A stretch of DNA of 64,000 bases from Malacoraja senta (Eukaryota): NCBI GenBank assembly GCA_038087875.1, contig CM075995.1:10232001-10296000 (forward strand), in the 5' to 3' direction. The notes beneath the pieces were generated by a model, which did no database searches, had not been told where the DNA came from, and was given only the letters and a program-made list of their open reading frames with translations. Position numbers and translations under genes: made by a program. Shown here one piece after another: positions 26,101-41,100 of this stretch. Position 1 is the stretch's first letter. Every line of letters starts with the position of its first letter.

Positions 26101-29100
26101 GTAAATTGAATGGATTAAAGGCCGATAAATCACCAGGGCCAGATAGGCTGCATGCCAGAGTACTTAAGGAAGTAGCTCCAGAAATAGTGGATGCATTAGT
26201 AATAATTTTTCAAAACTCTTTAGATTCTGGAGTAGTTCCTGAGGATTGGAGGGTAGCAAACGTAACCCCACTTTTTAAGAAGGGAGGGAGAGAGAAAACG
26301 GGGAATTACAGACCAGTTAGTCTAACATCGGTAGTGGGGAAACTGCTAGAGTCACTTATTAAAGATGGGATAGCAGCACATTTGGAAAGTGGTGAAATCA
26401 TTGGACAAAGTCAGCATGGATTTACGAAAGGTAAATCGTGTCTGACGAATCTTATAGAATTTTTCGAGGATGTAACTAGTAGAGTGGATAGGGGAGAACC
26501 AGTGGATGCGTTGTATCTGGACTTTCAGAAGGCTTTCGACAAGGTACCACATAAGAGATTAGGATACAAACATAAATCACACGGTGTTGGGGGTTCAGTA
26601 TTGATGTGGATAGAGAACTGGCTGGCAAACAGGAAGCAAAGAGTAGGAGTAAACGGGTCCTTTTCACAATGGCAGGCAGTGACTAGTGGGGTACTGCAAG
26701 GCTCAGTGCTGGGACCCCAGCTATTTACAATTTATATTAATGAACTGGACGAGGGAATTGAAAGCAACATCTCCAAGTTTGCGGATGACACTAAGCTGGG
26801 GGGCAGTGTTAGCTGTGAGGAGGATGCTAGGAGACTGCAAGGTGACGGATAGGCTGGGTGAGTGGGCAAATGTTTGGCAGATGCAGTATAATGTGGATAA
26901 ATGTGAGTTTATCCACTTTGGTGGCAAAAACGGGAAGGCAGACTATTATCTAAATGGTGGCCGATTAGGAAATGGGAGATGCAGCGAGACCTGGGTGTCA
27001 TGGTACACCAGTCATTGAAAGTAGGCATGCAGGTGCAGCAGGCAGTGAAGAAAGCGAATGGTATGTTGGCCTTCATAGCAAGAGGATTTGAGTATAGGAG
27101 CAGGGAGGTTCTACTGCAGTTGTACAGGGTCTTGGTGAGACCACACCTGGAGTATTGCGTACAGTTGTGGTCTCCAAATCTGAGGAAGGACATTATAGCC
27201 ATAGAGGGAGTGCAGAGAAGGTTCACCAGACTGATTCCTGGGATGTCAGGACTTTCATATGAAGAAAGACTGGATAGACTTGGCTTATACTCGCTAGAAT
27301 TTAGGCGATTGAGAGGGGATCTTATAGAAACGTACAAAATTCTCATGGGGTTGGACAGGCTAGATGCAGGAAGATTGTTCCCGATGTTGGGGAAGTCCAG
27401 GACAAGGGGTCACAGCTTAAGGATAAGGGGGAAATCCTTTAAGACCGAGATGAGGAAAAACCTTTTCACACAGAGAGTGGTGAATCTCTGGAACTCTCTG
27501 CCACAGAGGGTAGTTGAGGCCAGTTCATTGGCTATATTTAAGAGGGAGTTAGATGTGGCCCTTGTGGCTAAAGGGATCAGGGGGTATGGAGAGAAGGCAG
27601 GTACGGGATACTGAGTTGGATGATCAACCATGATCATATTGAATGGCGGTGCAGGCTCGAAGGGCCGAATGGCCAACTCCTGCACCTATTTTCTATGTAT
27701 CTATGTATCTATCATTTTAAAGACCTCTATCAAGTCCCCCCTTAACATTCTGCGCTCCAAAGAATAATGACCTAACTTGTTCAACCTTTCTCGGTAACTT
27801 AGTTGCTGAAACCCAGGCAACATTCTAGTAAATCTCCGCTGTACTCTCTCTATTTTGTTCACATCCTTCCTATAATTAGGCGACCAAAATTGTTCTCCAT
27901 ACTCCAGAATTGGCCTCACCAATGCCTTGTACAATTTTAACATTACATCCCAACTTCTATATTCAATGCTCTGATTTCTAAAGGCCAGCACACCAAAAGC
28001 TTTCTTTAGCACCCTATCTACATGAGTTTCCACCTTCAGGGAACTATGCACAGTTATTCCAAGATCCCTCTGTTCAACTGCATTCCTCAATTCGCTACCA
28101 TTTACCATGTACGTCCTATTTTGATTTGTCCTGCCGAGATGTAGCACCTCACATTTATCAGCATTAAACTCCAACTGCCATCTTTCAGCCCACTCTTCCA
28201 AATGGCCTAAATCTCTCTGTAGACTTTGAAAATCTACTTCATTATCCACAACACCACCTATCTTAGTATCATCTGCATACTTACTAATCCAATTTTCCAC
28301 ACCATCATCCAGATCATTGATGTACATGACAGACAACAGTGGATCCAACCCAGACCCCTGAGGCACCCCACTAGTCACCAGCCTCCAACCTCACAAACAG
28401 CCATCCACCATTACTCTCTGGCATCTCCCATTCAGCCACTGTTGAATCCATCTTGCTACTCCGCCATTTATACCCAACAATTGAATCTTATTAACCAACC
28501 TTCCATGAGGAACCTTGTCAAAGGCCTTACTGAAGTGCATATAGACAACATCCATTGCTTTACCCTCATCAATTTCCCTAGTAACCTCTTCGAAAAATTC
28601 AAGAAGATTAGTCAAACATGACCTTCCAGGCACAAATCCATGTTGACTGTTCCTAATCAGACCCTGCTTATCCAGATGCTTATATATATATTATCTCTAA
28701 GTATCCTTTCCATTAATTTGCCCACCACTGACGTCAAACTAACATGTCTATAATTGCTAGGTTTACTCTTAGAACCCTTTTTAAACAACGGAACAACATG
28801 CGCAGTACGCCAATCCTCCGGCACTATTCCCGTTTCTAATGACATTTGAAATATTTCTGCCATAGCCCCTGCTATTTCTACACTAACTTCCCTCAATGCC
28901 CTAGGGAATATCCTGTCAGGACCTGGAGACTTATGCGTTTTCATATTTTTCAAAAGTGCCCGCACCTCCTCTTCTTTGAATCTCATAGTTTCCATTGCTA
29001 CTCTGCTTGTTTCCCTTACCTCACATAATTCCATATCCTTCTCGTTGGTGAATACCGAAGAAAATAAATTGTTCAATATCTCCCCCGATTGAAGCCGGGT

Positions 29101-32100
29101 GTCACCGCGCTGGGTCCCAAGCACTTGTAAACGTTGCGAGCGATTCCACAGCACAGGATGATGACGATCTGTGACTAGCAGCTTCCCAACCCACACATTC
29201 CTGGAAACAAATGCTTTTTAGAAGATTGTAGTATCTCAGCCGCTTTCTACTCATCGTGCAACTTCCATTCATTACAGCTGTGGAATCGTCAAATCAGTTT
29301 CTGCATTGACACAAGTCTTCAGCTGTGGCGGTTTCACTGGTCGATATGCAAACGTCATCATCCCAGGACCTGCTAAAACCCTGACCCTGTGCGAGATTCA
29401 GGTCTTTGGCTCAAAACTCCCGTCAATGCCAGATGCAGGTAGGTTCGAATCTGCGCCAGGGTTGTGGTCGTCCACGCCCTCACCCATGCAGTCAGCGGTG
29501 CAAACTAGCCACACACAACAAATAAATTACATACGGATTCAAACAGATTTGAAGAGTGTTAAATGTGGTACTGCAGAGAACGGCGGTCCATACTTCCACA
29601 CAATATGATTAAGTGAACCAAAAACGGGACGACGCGTTATGCGGTAGTGCGGTGGGTGGATACAGTCACTGATTGTGAGTCCGCCAACCTCTGTAACCTA
29701 GCATCTAAAATCACACCAAAACAACCGACAGAATGCACCGTCGCACACCGCCGGTGGTATAATTGCGAGAGTACAGTGAGATGCGCAGGAAGAAATACAT
29801 TTGAAAATAACACGGCCATAACACCTACCAGTGTCCACTCGGGACCAAAGTGGAGATGTTGATGTTGCTCGAAGTTCCGGCACACATTCAGTTGCCCTGA
29901 AGTTCATCCCTCTTCAGGACCTTGGTAAAAATCGTCCCGCAGCCCGGAATTCTCTCCTTCATCACACAGAGGGGTCGGCGAAAAATTAACTGCTCCTCCA
30001 CCTATCCGCATCACTACCATGTACGTTAAGTGGACGTGATGCACGACTGCAGTGCCCTGTGCTCATGTTAATTGGCAGATTCAAATATGCAACATGGAAA
30101 GAGGCCCTTCAGCCACCGAGTTCACGCCGATCACAGATCACCCACTCACACTAGTTCAAAGTTATCTCACTTTCTCATCAATTCCCTACGCACTAGCTTC
30201 AAGGTACAGAGGCCAATTAATCTACAGACCCGCACGTCTGTGAAAAATGAGAGGAAATCGGAGCAAACCCGCGCCCTAATGTCCAGCGCTCTGCGACAGC
30301 AGCTTTACCACCATCCCTTCCTATTTCCTTACCATCATGCGGTACATTAGAAGAGCGAAAACAACGATCGCATGGACGATATAAATGATGGTATAAGATT
30401 ATAATGTGGTATGAGAGGTTACCCACATGACCGCATGGCATGAGATTTATTAATTGGGCCTCAGTGAACACTGCCCGATCCATCAATGGTACTTACCTTC
30501 CCGCCATCGAAGAGATTTATAAGAGTCGCTGCCTCAAAAAGACAGGCAGCATCATTAGAGACCCACACCACCCTGGTCACGCTTTCAATTCACGTCTTCT
30601 GTCGGGAAGAAGGTAAAGTATGAAGACCTGAAAGCCGTAACGTCCAGGTTCAGAAGTCTTCCCAACAACCTCCAGGCTGTTAAACACTACAACTTTCAAA
30701 CAAGCTCGGAACATACTTGGGGGAAGGGGGGGGGGGGGTGGGGACATTGCTTTTTGGCTTTGCATTATTATTGTTTTTTTTGTTTTGTTTTATACTGAGT
30801 ACTATATCTACTAAACTTTCTTGTTGTTTATTATCGTATTTACAGAGTACTATGTTTGCATATGTGTTGCATTTGTGCAAGTAAAAATTATATTATTCCG
30901 TTTCGGGACATATGACAATAAACCACGTTTGACGCTTCACAATAGGAAACGCGGCCCCCAGAGCAGAGGTCATCCAGTCGAGCACCTTCGAGTCGGCAGG
31001 TGCTGAGCGAGCCATTGACGGCAACAAAAACAGCAACTTCATGCGTGATTCCTGCACACACACTAATAAATCCGCACACCCCTGGTGGAGAGCCGATCTA
31101 AAGCAACCCTACAACGTGTCAGTTGTAAGAATCACAAACAGAAGAGACTGCTGCTCGGAATTGCTTACGGGAGCCCAGATCCGAATCGGGGACTCGCTGG
31201 AGAATGATGGCAATGCTAACAGACTGTAAGTATTCAGAGGCAAACTCCGACTATTCAGCAGTTGCGTCGCGCTCCGGAAGTTCCACTATCGGTGTTGTAT
31301 TGAAGACCAGTTCCAATGCAGTTTTACTGCAGAGCAGGTTTCGCATGTCTAATCCACAGATGAGGGAGAATCTTCGACCACTTATTCAGCGGTAGGATCT
31401 CCAACCTTGCCTCTAAGGCAGGGGGGAGTAAATCTGAAGCAGATGAACGCATCTATAGTTCCACCATAAAGTCAAGTTGAGTACCATGGATCTCAGAACG
31501 TCATAGTACAAGAACAGGCCCTTCGACCCACAATATCCCTGCCGAATATGACGCCACGTTAAACTAATTTCCTCCGGCTGCACGTGATCCATATCCCTCC
31601 ATTCCCCGCATGTCCATGATACTATCTAAAACGCCCCCTAATGGTCCCAATCGTATCTACGTTCGGTAGAAAGGTCACCGGCATAATTAAGGACGATTCT
31701 CAGGCAGGTCACTCCCACCTCTGCCCTCTTCCTACAGGAAAGGGGCACAGAAATGTGAAACCGTATACATCCAGATTCAGGGACCGTTTCTTCCCAGCTG
31801 TTTTCAGGCAACCGAACCATTGTCTCACCAACAAGGGAGTGATGCGGACCTATCATCTACGTCTGAAGAAGGGTCTCGTCCAGAAACGCCACCCATACCT
31901 TCACTCCAGAGATGCTGCCTTTCCCGCTGAGTTACTCCAGCTTTTTGTGTCTACCTTCGGTTTAAACCAGCATCTGCAGTTCCTTCCTACACTACCACCT
32001 ACCTACCTACCTACCTACGTCGGATTTAATCGGACTTACTGGAAATGTATCTTGCACTAAAAGTTATTCCCGTTATTCTGAATCTGTACATCGTGGACGG

Positions 32101-35100
32101 TTTGATTGTAATTACGTATAGTTTTTTCGCTGACTCCGTAGCATGCAACTGAAATGCTTTTCAGTGCACCTCGGAACACGTGCAAATAAACTAAACGAAC
32201 CAATGGATCACAACTGGCAGCGCGTTCCAGACACACTTGCTGCACACACCTCCTTTAAAGGTCCCTCCTCTCACCTTAAAGCTCTTCCCTCAAGGCGATA
32301 ATATTTCCACCATGGAAAGGATATATTCTGATTGCCTACCCAGTAGATGTCTCACATCACTTTCTAAACTTTAAACATGGTTCCCCTCAACCCCCGTAGT
32401 GGCAGAGAAAACAATGAAAGCTTGAAATAATTAGCATGAGAACATATGCTCGCGCTTATAAATGTTCAAGGTAACTGCTGCTTTGTTGAGCAAAGGAACA
32501 CATTGCCATCCTCAGTCTACCTGTGGATTTGGGGTCTGTCCCGTTTTTACTGCCTCCTCAAAACATAGTTATTTAGGGCTGTTGCCGGAAGAAGCCCTGT
32601 GACGCACGTACGTGCCATGAAACTTTGCCAGTCGTTCACCAGCACAGGCTCGCGATGAGCTCACAGGTTCACGGCGGGCGCTAGTCCGATCGATCGCAGT
32701 AACTGTCTCTCACACGGATATCCTCATCTCTTACAGTTGTGGAATGATTCATTCGGCTTCCGGGACGACATTTACCTTTAATTGTGGTGGACTTGTCGGT
32801 CGATATGTAAACATCATCATCCCAGGCCGTGGTAAAATATTGGCCCTGTGCGAGGTTGAGATCTTTGGTTCAGAACTCCCGTCCATACTTCGAAAAGGTA
32901 GGCTGAACACTCCCGCTGACGCACTGGTTGTACACTGCCCCACAGCTTAGTTGAGGGAGTTTCCCGCTGATAAGGCCTGAGGATAACTACCCTCCTGAAG
33001 CTCAATACCGTATTTCTCAACACCCTGCACTCCACATTATTAGGTTAATTACCAGTCTTGGACCCTCACATTGTGCATACATGATCCTTTGCATGAAATC
33101 CCCGGGGCGCTCGGTGCACACGGCCTCATCAATTCAGGCTGGATACCTCATGCTGATAGAAAACAGCCACGCACCAAGGAATTACACACCTATTTTAACC
33201 ACCTTGATGGTTGTCTCCCCGCTATCAGACTATTGAAAACTCCTCCTTTGCGTTGTAGTGCAATCCCAATATTTTAACCTGCCACAGTGCGGTTCGTGGA
33301 CACATTTTCTAAAGCCGTAAAGCTATAACTCTACAACACCACGTCCTGCAATCTACTGTTTTATTTTCACTTTAATTGTTGCTCTTGTGTGCGGATTCAT
33401 TGCACAGGTGTACAGTATGATTTGACTGTATAGTACAAACAAAAGTTTCTACTGAATCTCGCTTAACCTGACCATACTAAAGCAATACGAATACTGATGC
33501 AAACCTTGATAGAGCGCCCACATTCCTTGCGGTTCAATGAGGTGTTTCCCACCCAACAGAAAACGTAGCGTCCGGAGCACCGACGATCCAATCCAGCACG
33601 GATGAAGGGGCAGGTGCTGAGCGAGCCAATGACGGGAACAGCGACAGCAACTTCTGGCATGATTCATGCGCGCGCACCTGGAAATCCTACAACCCTTGGT
33701 GGAGAGTCGATCTAAAGGAAAGCTACAACGTGTCAGATGTAAGAATCACCAATAGAGCAGACTGCTGCTCGGACCAGCTCCAAGGAGCCGAGATCCGCAT
33801 CGGGGACTCGCTGGAGAACGATGGCAATTACAACAGACTGTAAGTATTCATAAGCGAACGCCGACTCTATTCACCTGCTGTGCCTTGTTCTGGAATTCTA
33901 CTGTTACTGTTGTTAACGTCAGTGGGAAAAAGAGAGCTGCTTCAGGTCGAAACCAACCTCACTGCAGAGAACGCTAAAACTGTGCACCACAGATGAGAGG
34001 GAACATGAAACAGAGCCGTAGATCAATTATCCAGTGGCATGAGATGCTGACGTACCTCCATAGCGGTGGGGTCAAATACTGAGATGGATACATTTGTAAT
34101 TTAAGTGAATTCATGTAATGTAATATTGAACAATCGGATTACAATGACAATGTTCAGGTAACCAATGCCTATGGGTGAGGGAGCAATCAGTGCAGACCCA
34201 GATAATACTACCAATGTATTTGGACTCTCCCGTTTCTTGCTATATGTTAAGGACATGAGCAAGTGGTGAGGATGTCGGAAGTAGCCGTGAGTGCAAACCT
34301 ACTCTCCCACGTGCACAACCCACCCAACATCCCGTGAACGTGTCACCAATTCAAGGTTTCAAGGTCAAGTCAGTTTATTGACACATGTACCAATTAAGGT
34401 AAAGTGAAATTTGAGTTTCCGTACAGCCATACTAAGTGAAAAGCAACAAGCCACACAACCACATAAACGTTAATATAAAATCCACCACAGTGGATTCCAC
34501 ATTCCTCACTGTGATGGAAGGCAATAAAGTTCAATATTATTCCTTTTTGTTCTCCCGCGGTCGGGGCAGCCAAACCATCCGCATTCGGGGCGATCAAAGC
34601 CCCCCCCCCGCAGCCGACGATCGAAGCCCCCGTCGGGGTAATCGAAACTCCCGCGTCTGGGCGGTTGAAACTCTCTCCGCGGCATGGAGCTCCCGAGTCG
34701 TCCTCTTCTTACCAGAGACCGCGGGCTTCACGATGTTAAAGTTCACAGGCCCCGCGGTTGGAGCTTCGATCCCCGGCAAAGGGATCGCAAGCTCCGCTAT
34801 TTTTAAGTCCGCAGTCTCCAGCGGCTTGGAGCGCCCGTCCGTCTCCAGGAAAGGCCGCCAACTCCAGGATGTTGGGCCGCAGTGCAGACGGAGATTCGAT
34901 ACGGAAAAAAAATCGATCTCCGTCATAGAAACATGGAAACATAGAAAATAGGTGCAGGAGGAGGCCATTCGGCCCTCCGAGCCACAACCGTCATTCATTG
35001 TGATCATGGCTGATCGTCCACAATCAATAACCCGTGCCTGCCTTCTCCCCATATACCTTGATTCCACTAGCCCCCTAGAGCTCTATCTAACTCTTTCTTG

Positions 35101-38100
35101 AATCCATCCAGTGATTTGGCCTCCACTGCCCTCTGTGGCAGAGAATTCCACAAATTCACAACTCTCTGGGTGAAAACGTTATTTCTCACTGCAGTCTTAA
35201 ATGGCTTCCCCTTTATTCTAAGACTGTGGCCCCTGGTTCTGGACTCGCCCAACATTGGGAACATTGGGAAGATTTTTCCTGCATCTAGCTTGTCCAGTCT
35301 TTTTTATAATTGTATATGTTTCTATAAGATCCCGCCTCATCCTTCTAAACTCCAGTGAATACAAGCCTAGTCTTTTCAATCTTTCCTCATATGTCAGTCA
35401 CGCCACCCCAGGGATCAATCTCGTGAACCTACGCTGCACTGCCTCAATCACAAGGCGGTGCTGGCTCGAAGGGCCGAATGGCCTACTCCTGCACCTATTC
35501 TCTATTGTCTATTGACCTTCCTCAAATTAGGAAATTATTGTCCTTCCTCAAAATTGTACACAATACTCCAGATGTGGTCTTACCAGAACCCTATACAACT
35601 GCAAAATAACGTCTCTACTCCTATACTCTACCCTCCCTTGTAAAACTGATCACCACCATGAAACCTACAACCTGCCCCCTCGACACTGTCCCCTCTGCCC
35701 TCCTAAAGGACGTCATTCCAACAGCTGGTCCCAGCATCCTCGCCATCTTCAACAGCTCTCAGGCCACTGGCACTGTACCTACCTGCTTCAAGCATGCGGT
35801 GGTCCAACCACTCCTGAAAAAACCTAACCTCGACCCCACCTTGCCAAGCAACTACAGACCCATTTCTAGACTGCCTTTCCTCTCAAAATCCCTTGAAAAG
35901 GTAATTTTGTCAAATTATACCTTACCTTCACCAAAACACTATCTTGGAAACTTTCCAATCAGGTTTCAGGGCTCACCATAGCACAGATTTTGCCTTGTTG
36001 AAGGTACACAATGACCTACTGCTCACCGTTGACTCCGACGACTGTGCAATTCTGCTCCTTCTTGACCTCAGCGCAGCATTTGATACTGTCGACCACACCA
36101 TCCTAATTGACCGTCTCCGGTATGGGGTTGGTATTGATGGCACTGCCCTGAGCTGGTTCATCTCCTACCTCAAAGGTAGGAGTTTCTCGACTAACATACG
36201 CAACTCTTTCTCCTCCCCAGCTAATCTCTGCTGTAGGGTTCCAGAAGGTTCCATCCTTGGCCCCATTCTCTTCTCCCTGTATATGCTACCCTTAGGCCAA
36301 GTCATTGAAAGGCACGGCATTTCCTTCCATTGCTACGCAGACGATACACAACTCTATCTCCCCCTGAAGCCCAAAAAACAATCAAATCTGTTTAACCTTA
36401 CCCACTGCCTCGAGGATATAAAGTGTTGGATGGCCCAGAACTTCCTCCAACTAAACGAGAGTAAGTCTGAGGTCATCCTTCTCGGCCCCTCGGACTCAAT
36501 CAAAATGTTAGCAGGCAGCGTTGGAAGCCTTACCCCACTACTCAAACCTCACGTCAAAAACCTTGGCGTGATAATTGAATCAGCACTGAAATTTGACAAA
36601 CAAGTCAAAGCCGTGGTAAAAGCTAGCTTCTTTCAGCTTCGGACAATAGCTAAAATAAAACAATTCCTCCAGTTTGATGACCTCGAAAAGATCATCCACA
36701 CATTCATCTCCTCCCGCCTAGATTACTGCAACTCCCTTTACACTGCGACTGGTCCAAAACGCCGCAGCGAGACTTCTGACGGGCACCCGAAAAAGGGACC
36801 ACATCACCCCGATCCTGGCCTCTCTCTACCGGCTCCCTGTGCGGTTCCGTATAAACTTCAAGATCCTCCTCCATGTCTACAAAGCCCTCAATGGGCTTGC
36901 CCCCACCTACATAAAAAGTCTTCTCACCCACCACTCCACATCCAGGCCCCTCAGATCGGCCGACTTTGGGTTGCTGAATATCCCACGGTCTAGGCAATCC
37001 CTAGACTGCGGAACAGCATCTCCTTTCCCATCAGAACTTAAGTCAAGACTAAAGACTTATCTATACACCAAGCCTTTTCTGACGTCCTCTGAGTGAGGGC
37101 TATATGTATATATGTATGTAGTTTGTTTTGTTTGTGCTATTCTTATAACAAATGTAAAGCACTTTAGCCAACGAGAGTTGATTTTTAAATGTGCTATATA
37201 AATAAATGTGACTTGACTTGACTTGACTATACTGAAATCCTCTTGTTATGAAGGCCAACATTCCATTATCTTTCTTAACTGCCTGCTGTACTTGCACGCC
37301 AACGTTCAGTGACCGGTGTACATGGGCACCCAGGTCTCGCTGTACATCTCCCTTACCTAACCTAACCCCATTGAGATAATATTCTGCCCCTTGTTTTTGC
37401 CACCAAAGTGGATATCCTCACATTTATGTATATTATACTGCATCAGCCACGCATCTGCCCATTCACGGAACCTGTCCAGGTCACCCTGCAACCGCCTCAC
37501 ATCCTCTTCACAGTTCACACTGCCACCCAGCTTTGTGTTATCCGCAAACTTGCTAGTGTTGCTCCTAATTCCCTCTTCCAATCATTAATATACATGGTAA
37601 ACAGTTGCGGCCCCAATACCGAGCCTTGCGGCACTCCACTCGCCACGGCCTGCCATTCTGAAAAGGATCCGTTCATTCCTACACTTTTCTACCTGCCTGC
37701 CAACCAATTTTCTATCCACGTCAACACCCTAACCCCAATACCATGTGCTCGAGGTAAGAGATTGAAAAAAACATTCCCCCAGCCCTCCACCCCCCCCCAC
37801 CCCGACATAAAACAAACCAATGAACACTATAACATGCTTATTAACACATACTAAAAATAACAAAAAAGAATAAAGGGCAGACAGACGGTTGGCGAGCATA
37901 GCACAAGACCCTGAAAGGTATAGAAGTGTGATAACGCACACCTCCATGTTCAGCGACAGTTTATTCCCAGCTGTTATCAGGTAACTGAACCATCCTGCCA
38001 ACAACTCAAGAGCAGTCTTGAACCACCCTCCGGAGACCCCTGGCCTGTCTTTGATCGGACTTTACTGGCTTTATCTTATTTTATACTTTATTCACGATAT

Positions 38101-41100
38101 TCCCTTTATCATGTATCTTCACAGAGTTAATGGCCCGATTGTAATTATGTCTTGTCTTTCCGCTGACCTTGCTCCACTTGCATTAAACTATACTCAGGCC
38201 GACGATAACGTTTGACACGTTGCCACTTCAGCAGTGATCAGGATACTGGCGTCTCACTTTTAAATCCTCATCTCTTTCAGCTGTGCAACAGTTGATTCAG
38301 CATCTGAGACGTTTACCTTCAACTGTGGTGGATTTGTTGGTCGATATGTAAACATCATCATACCAGGAGAGGCTAAAATCTTGACTTTGTGCGAGGTTGA
38401 GATCTTTGGAATAAAAGTACCACCCTCACCTGGAACAGGTAGGCTGAACTTCCCGCTGAAGCTCTGGTTTTCACAGCCTCACAGCTTGGTTGAGGATGTC
38501 TCCCGCTGATAATGTCTGAGAAAAACTACCTTCTTGATGCACCGCCGGCTTCCTCAACACCATGCAACGTTCCATTTTTGGTTAATCGCCAGCGTTGGAC
38601 CCTCGCATTGTCCAAACACGATCCTGCCAATCAATGAGATCCCTATGACATTCGATTCACACGCCCGCATCCATTCAGTCCGGAGACCTTATGCTGATAA
38701 AAAACAGCCACGCACCAACAAATTACACACCTATTGAAAGACGCTTGAAGAGCTTCACCCCGATCTCAGACTACTGAACGCCCCACCCCTGCCCCTTGAT
38801 TGGAGGCAAAGCCGATCTCCTAACCTGCCTTAGAGCGGTTCTTGTACTTATTTTCTAGGGCCGCAAAGCTACAACACTGTAACACCATATCTTGCAATCT
38901 AGAGTTTTTACATTTTTTTAATTTCACCTATTGTTTTGTCTGCGGCGTAATTGTACTGATGTACAGTATGATTTGATAACAAACAACGGTTTCCATTAAA
39001 CTCGCTGCACTTGACCTTACTAGAACAACACGAATATCAATGAAATACACTGCTGATCCGAACCTTGGCAGAAAGCGTCCGTCTCTCCCTTGAGGCTCAG
39101 TGAGTTGTTTCCCACCCAACAGAAAACGTGGCGTCCGGTGCACGACCGACCCAGTCCAGCACGGATGAAGAGGCAGTTGCTGAGCGAGCCAATGACGGGA
39201 ATAGCGACAGCGACTTCAGGCATGATTCATGCGCGCGCACCAGGAAATCCAAGAACCCTTGGTGGAGAGTCGATCTAATAGAGAGATACAACGTGACAGA
39301 TGTAAGAATCACCAACAGAGCAGACTGCTGCGCTGACCTGCTCCAAGGAGCCGAGATCCGCGTCGGGGAAACACTGGAAAAAGATAGCAATTCCAACAGA
39401 CTGTAAGTATTCAGAAGCAAACGCCGACTCTATTCTGCTGCAGTGCCTTGCTCTGCAAATTCGATTACTACTCATGCAGTGTTAACATAAGTGGAAAACA
39501 GAGAAAAGCTGCAGGTTAAGACTGTTCTCATTGCAGAATAAAATAAACTTATGCACCGCCGATCTAGATGCGAGAGAACATGGTACAGAACCGGAGACCA
39601 CTTATCGAGTGGCATGAGCTGCTGACGTGTCTCTATAGCGGTGGGGACAATAAAAGGAGATGAATAATTCTGTAATTTAAGTTAACGCATGTTATTTAAA
39701 GCTGAACAATCGGATTGCAGTGGGAATGTTCAGGTAACCAAGAGCACTGGTCATGACCGTGACAAGGCTACCTTTGTATCCGCACCCTGTCCTGTTCTTA
39801 GCTAACTGTTAGGGACAGAAGCAAGTGGGGAGGAAGCCACAAGAAGCTGATGAAGCCCCCTACATCACGTGAACTTGTCATCAGTTCACCAGCACAGGCA
39901 TACGTTAACGTTTTCCAAGCAGCCTCGTCCGCAGTTATCGACATAGTGGAGTCACACCATTAAATATCCATTTCTTTCAGCTGTGGAACCGTTGATTCAG
40001 TTTCTAGGACGACATTGATCTTCAATTGTGGTGGAATTGTGGGCCGATATGTGAGCATTGTCATACCAGGCCAGGCTAAAATATTGACCCTATGCGAGGT
40101 TGAGATCTTTGGATCTGAAGTCGCATCCTTACCTGGAACAGGTAGGCTGAACTTCCCGCTGATACTCTGGGTGTACACAGCCTCCCAGCTTAGTTCAGGG
40201 TGTCTCCCACCGATAAAGTCAGAGGATGACTACCACCCTGAAGCCCACCGCCGTCATTGGCAACACCCTGAATTTTAACGTTCTTAGTTTACTTGCTAGT
40301 CTTGGATCCTCGCGTAACGAAACATGATCCCGTCTATGAATGAAATCCTCGAGTGACTCACTGCGCACGCCCTCACCCATTCATTCCGGAGACCTTATGC
40401 GGATAAAAAATAGCCACGTATCACCGAACTACACATAATTCGAAACACCCTTGAAAAGCATATCCTCGTTAACAGACTACGGAATGGTCCTACCTCGAGT
40501 TGTAGTGCAATGCCGAACTTTTAACCTTCCCCAGTGCGGTTCTTGGACTTATTTTCTGCAGCAGCAAAGCAATAACACTGGAACACCATAGCATGCAATC
40601 TATGTATTGCTTTCCCACTACTTTGCCTGTTGCTCTTGTGTGCGGCTTCAATGCATTTATATACTGTATGACTTGACTGTATAGTACAAACAAGTGTTTC
40701 TACTGAATGTCGCTTGACTTGACCACACTATAGCAATACGAATATCAATTAAATACACTGCAGATCCAAACCTTGATAGAAGGCGTAAATCCGTCAGTAT
40801 TAAATTTCTCCGTTAAGGCTCAGTGAGTTGTTTCCCACCCAACAGAAAATGTGGCGTCCGGTGCACTACCGACCCAGTCCAGCACGGATGAAGAGGCAGT
40901 TGCTGAGCGAGCCAATGACGGGAATAGCGACAGCGACTTCAGACATGGTTCATGCGCGCGCACCAGGAAATCGAAGAACCCTTGGTGGAGAGTCGATCTA
41001 AAGGAAAGCTACAACGTGTCAGATGTAAGAATCACCAACAGAGCAGACTGCTGTTCGGCCCAGCTCCAAGGAGCCGAGATCCACATCGGGGACTCGCTGG

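Larger units (their letters stand above)
22992..29088 (-). mobile_element. 5'-truncated CR1 LINE of a different subfamily ((ATATGGTT)n tail), split by a nested full-length CR1
   Basis: ORFs 28657..29196, 28391..28633, 27701..28378 and 23158..23436 join as ...[13 protein letters not shown]... Confidence 0.88.

Noticed and set aside
24852..27614. Active autonomous LINE
   Set aside because: ORF2 has frameshifts near 24830, 26845 and 26970
34436..35067. 171-aa and 157-aa ORFs in a CpG-rich intronic segment
   Set aside because: No motif recognised; flanked by a repeat-like tail (CAAGGTTTCAAGGTCAAGTCAG) and a CR1 end, so probably an interspersed repeat
40142..40278. Conserved GRLNFPL.LW peptide after B exons as a coding extension
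   Set aside because: Begins at the GT donor; stop positions vary among units; similarity is explained by duplicated intron sequence (except possibly B6)
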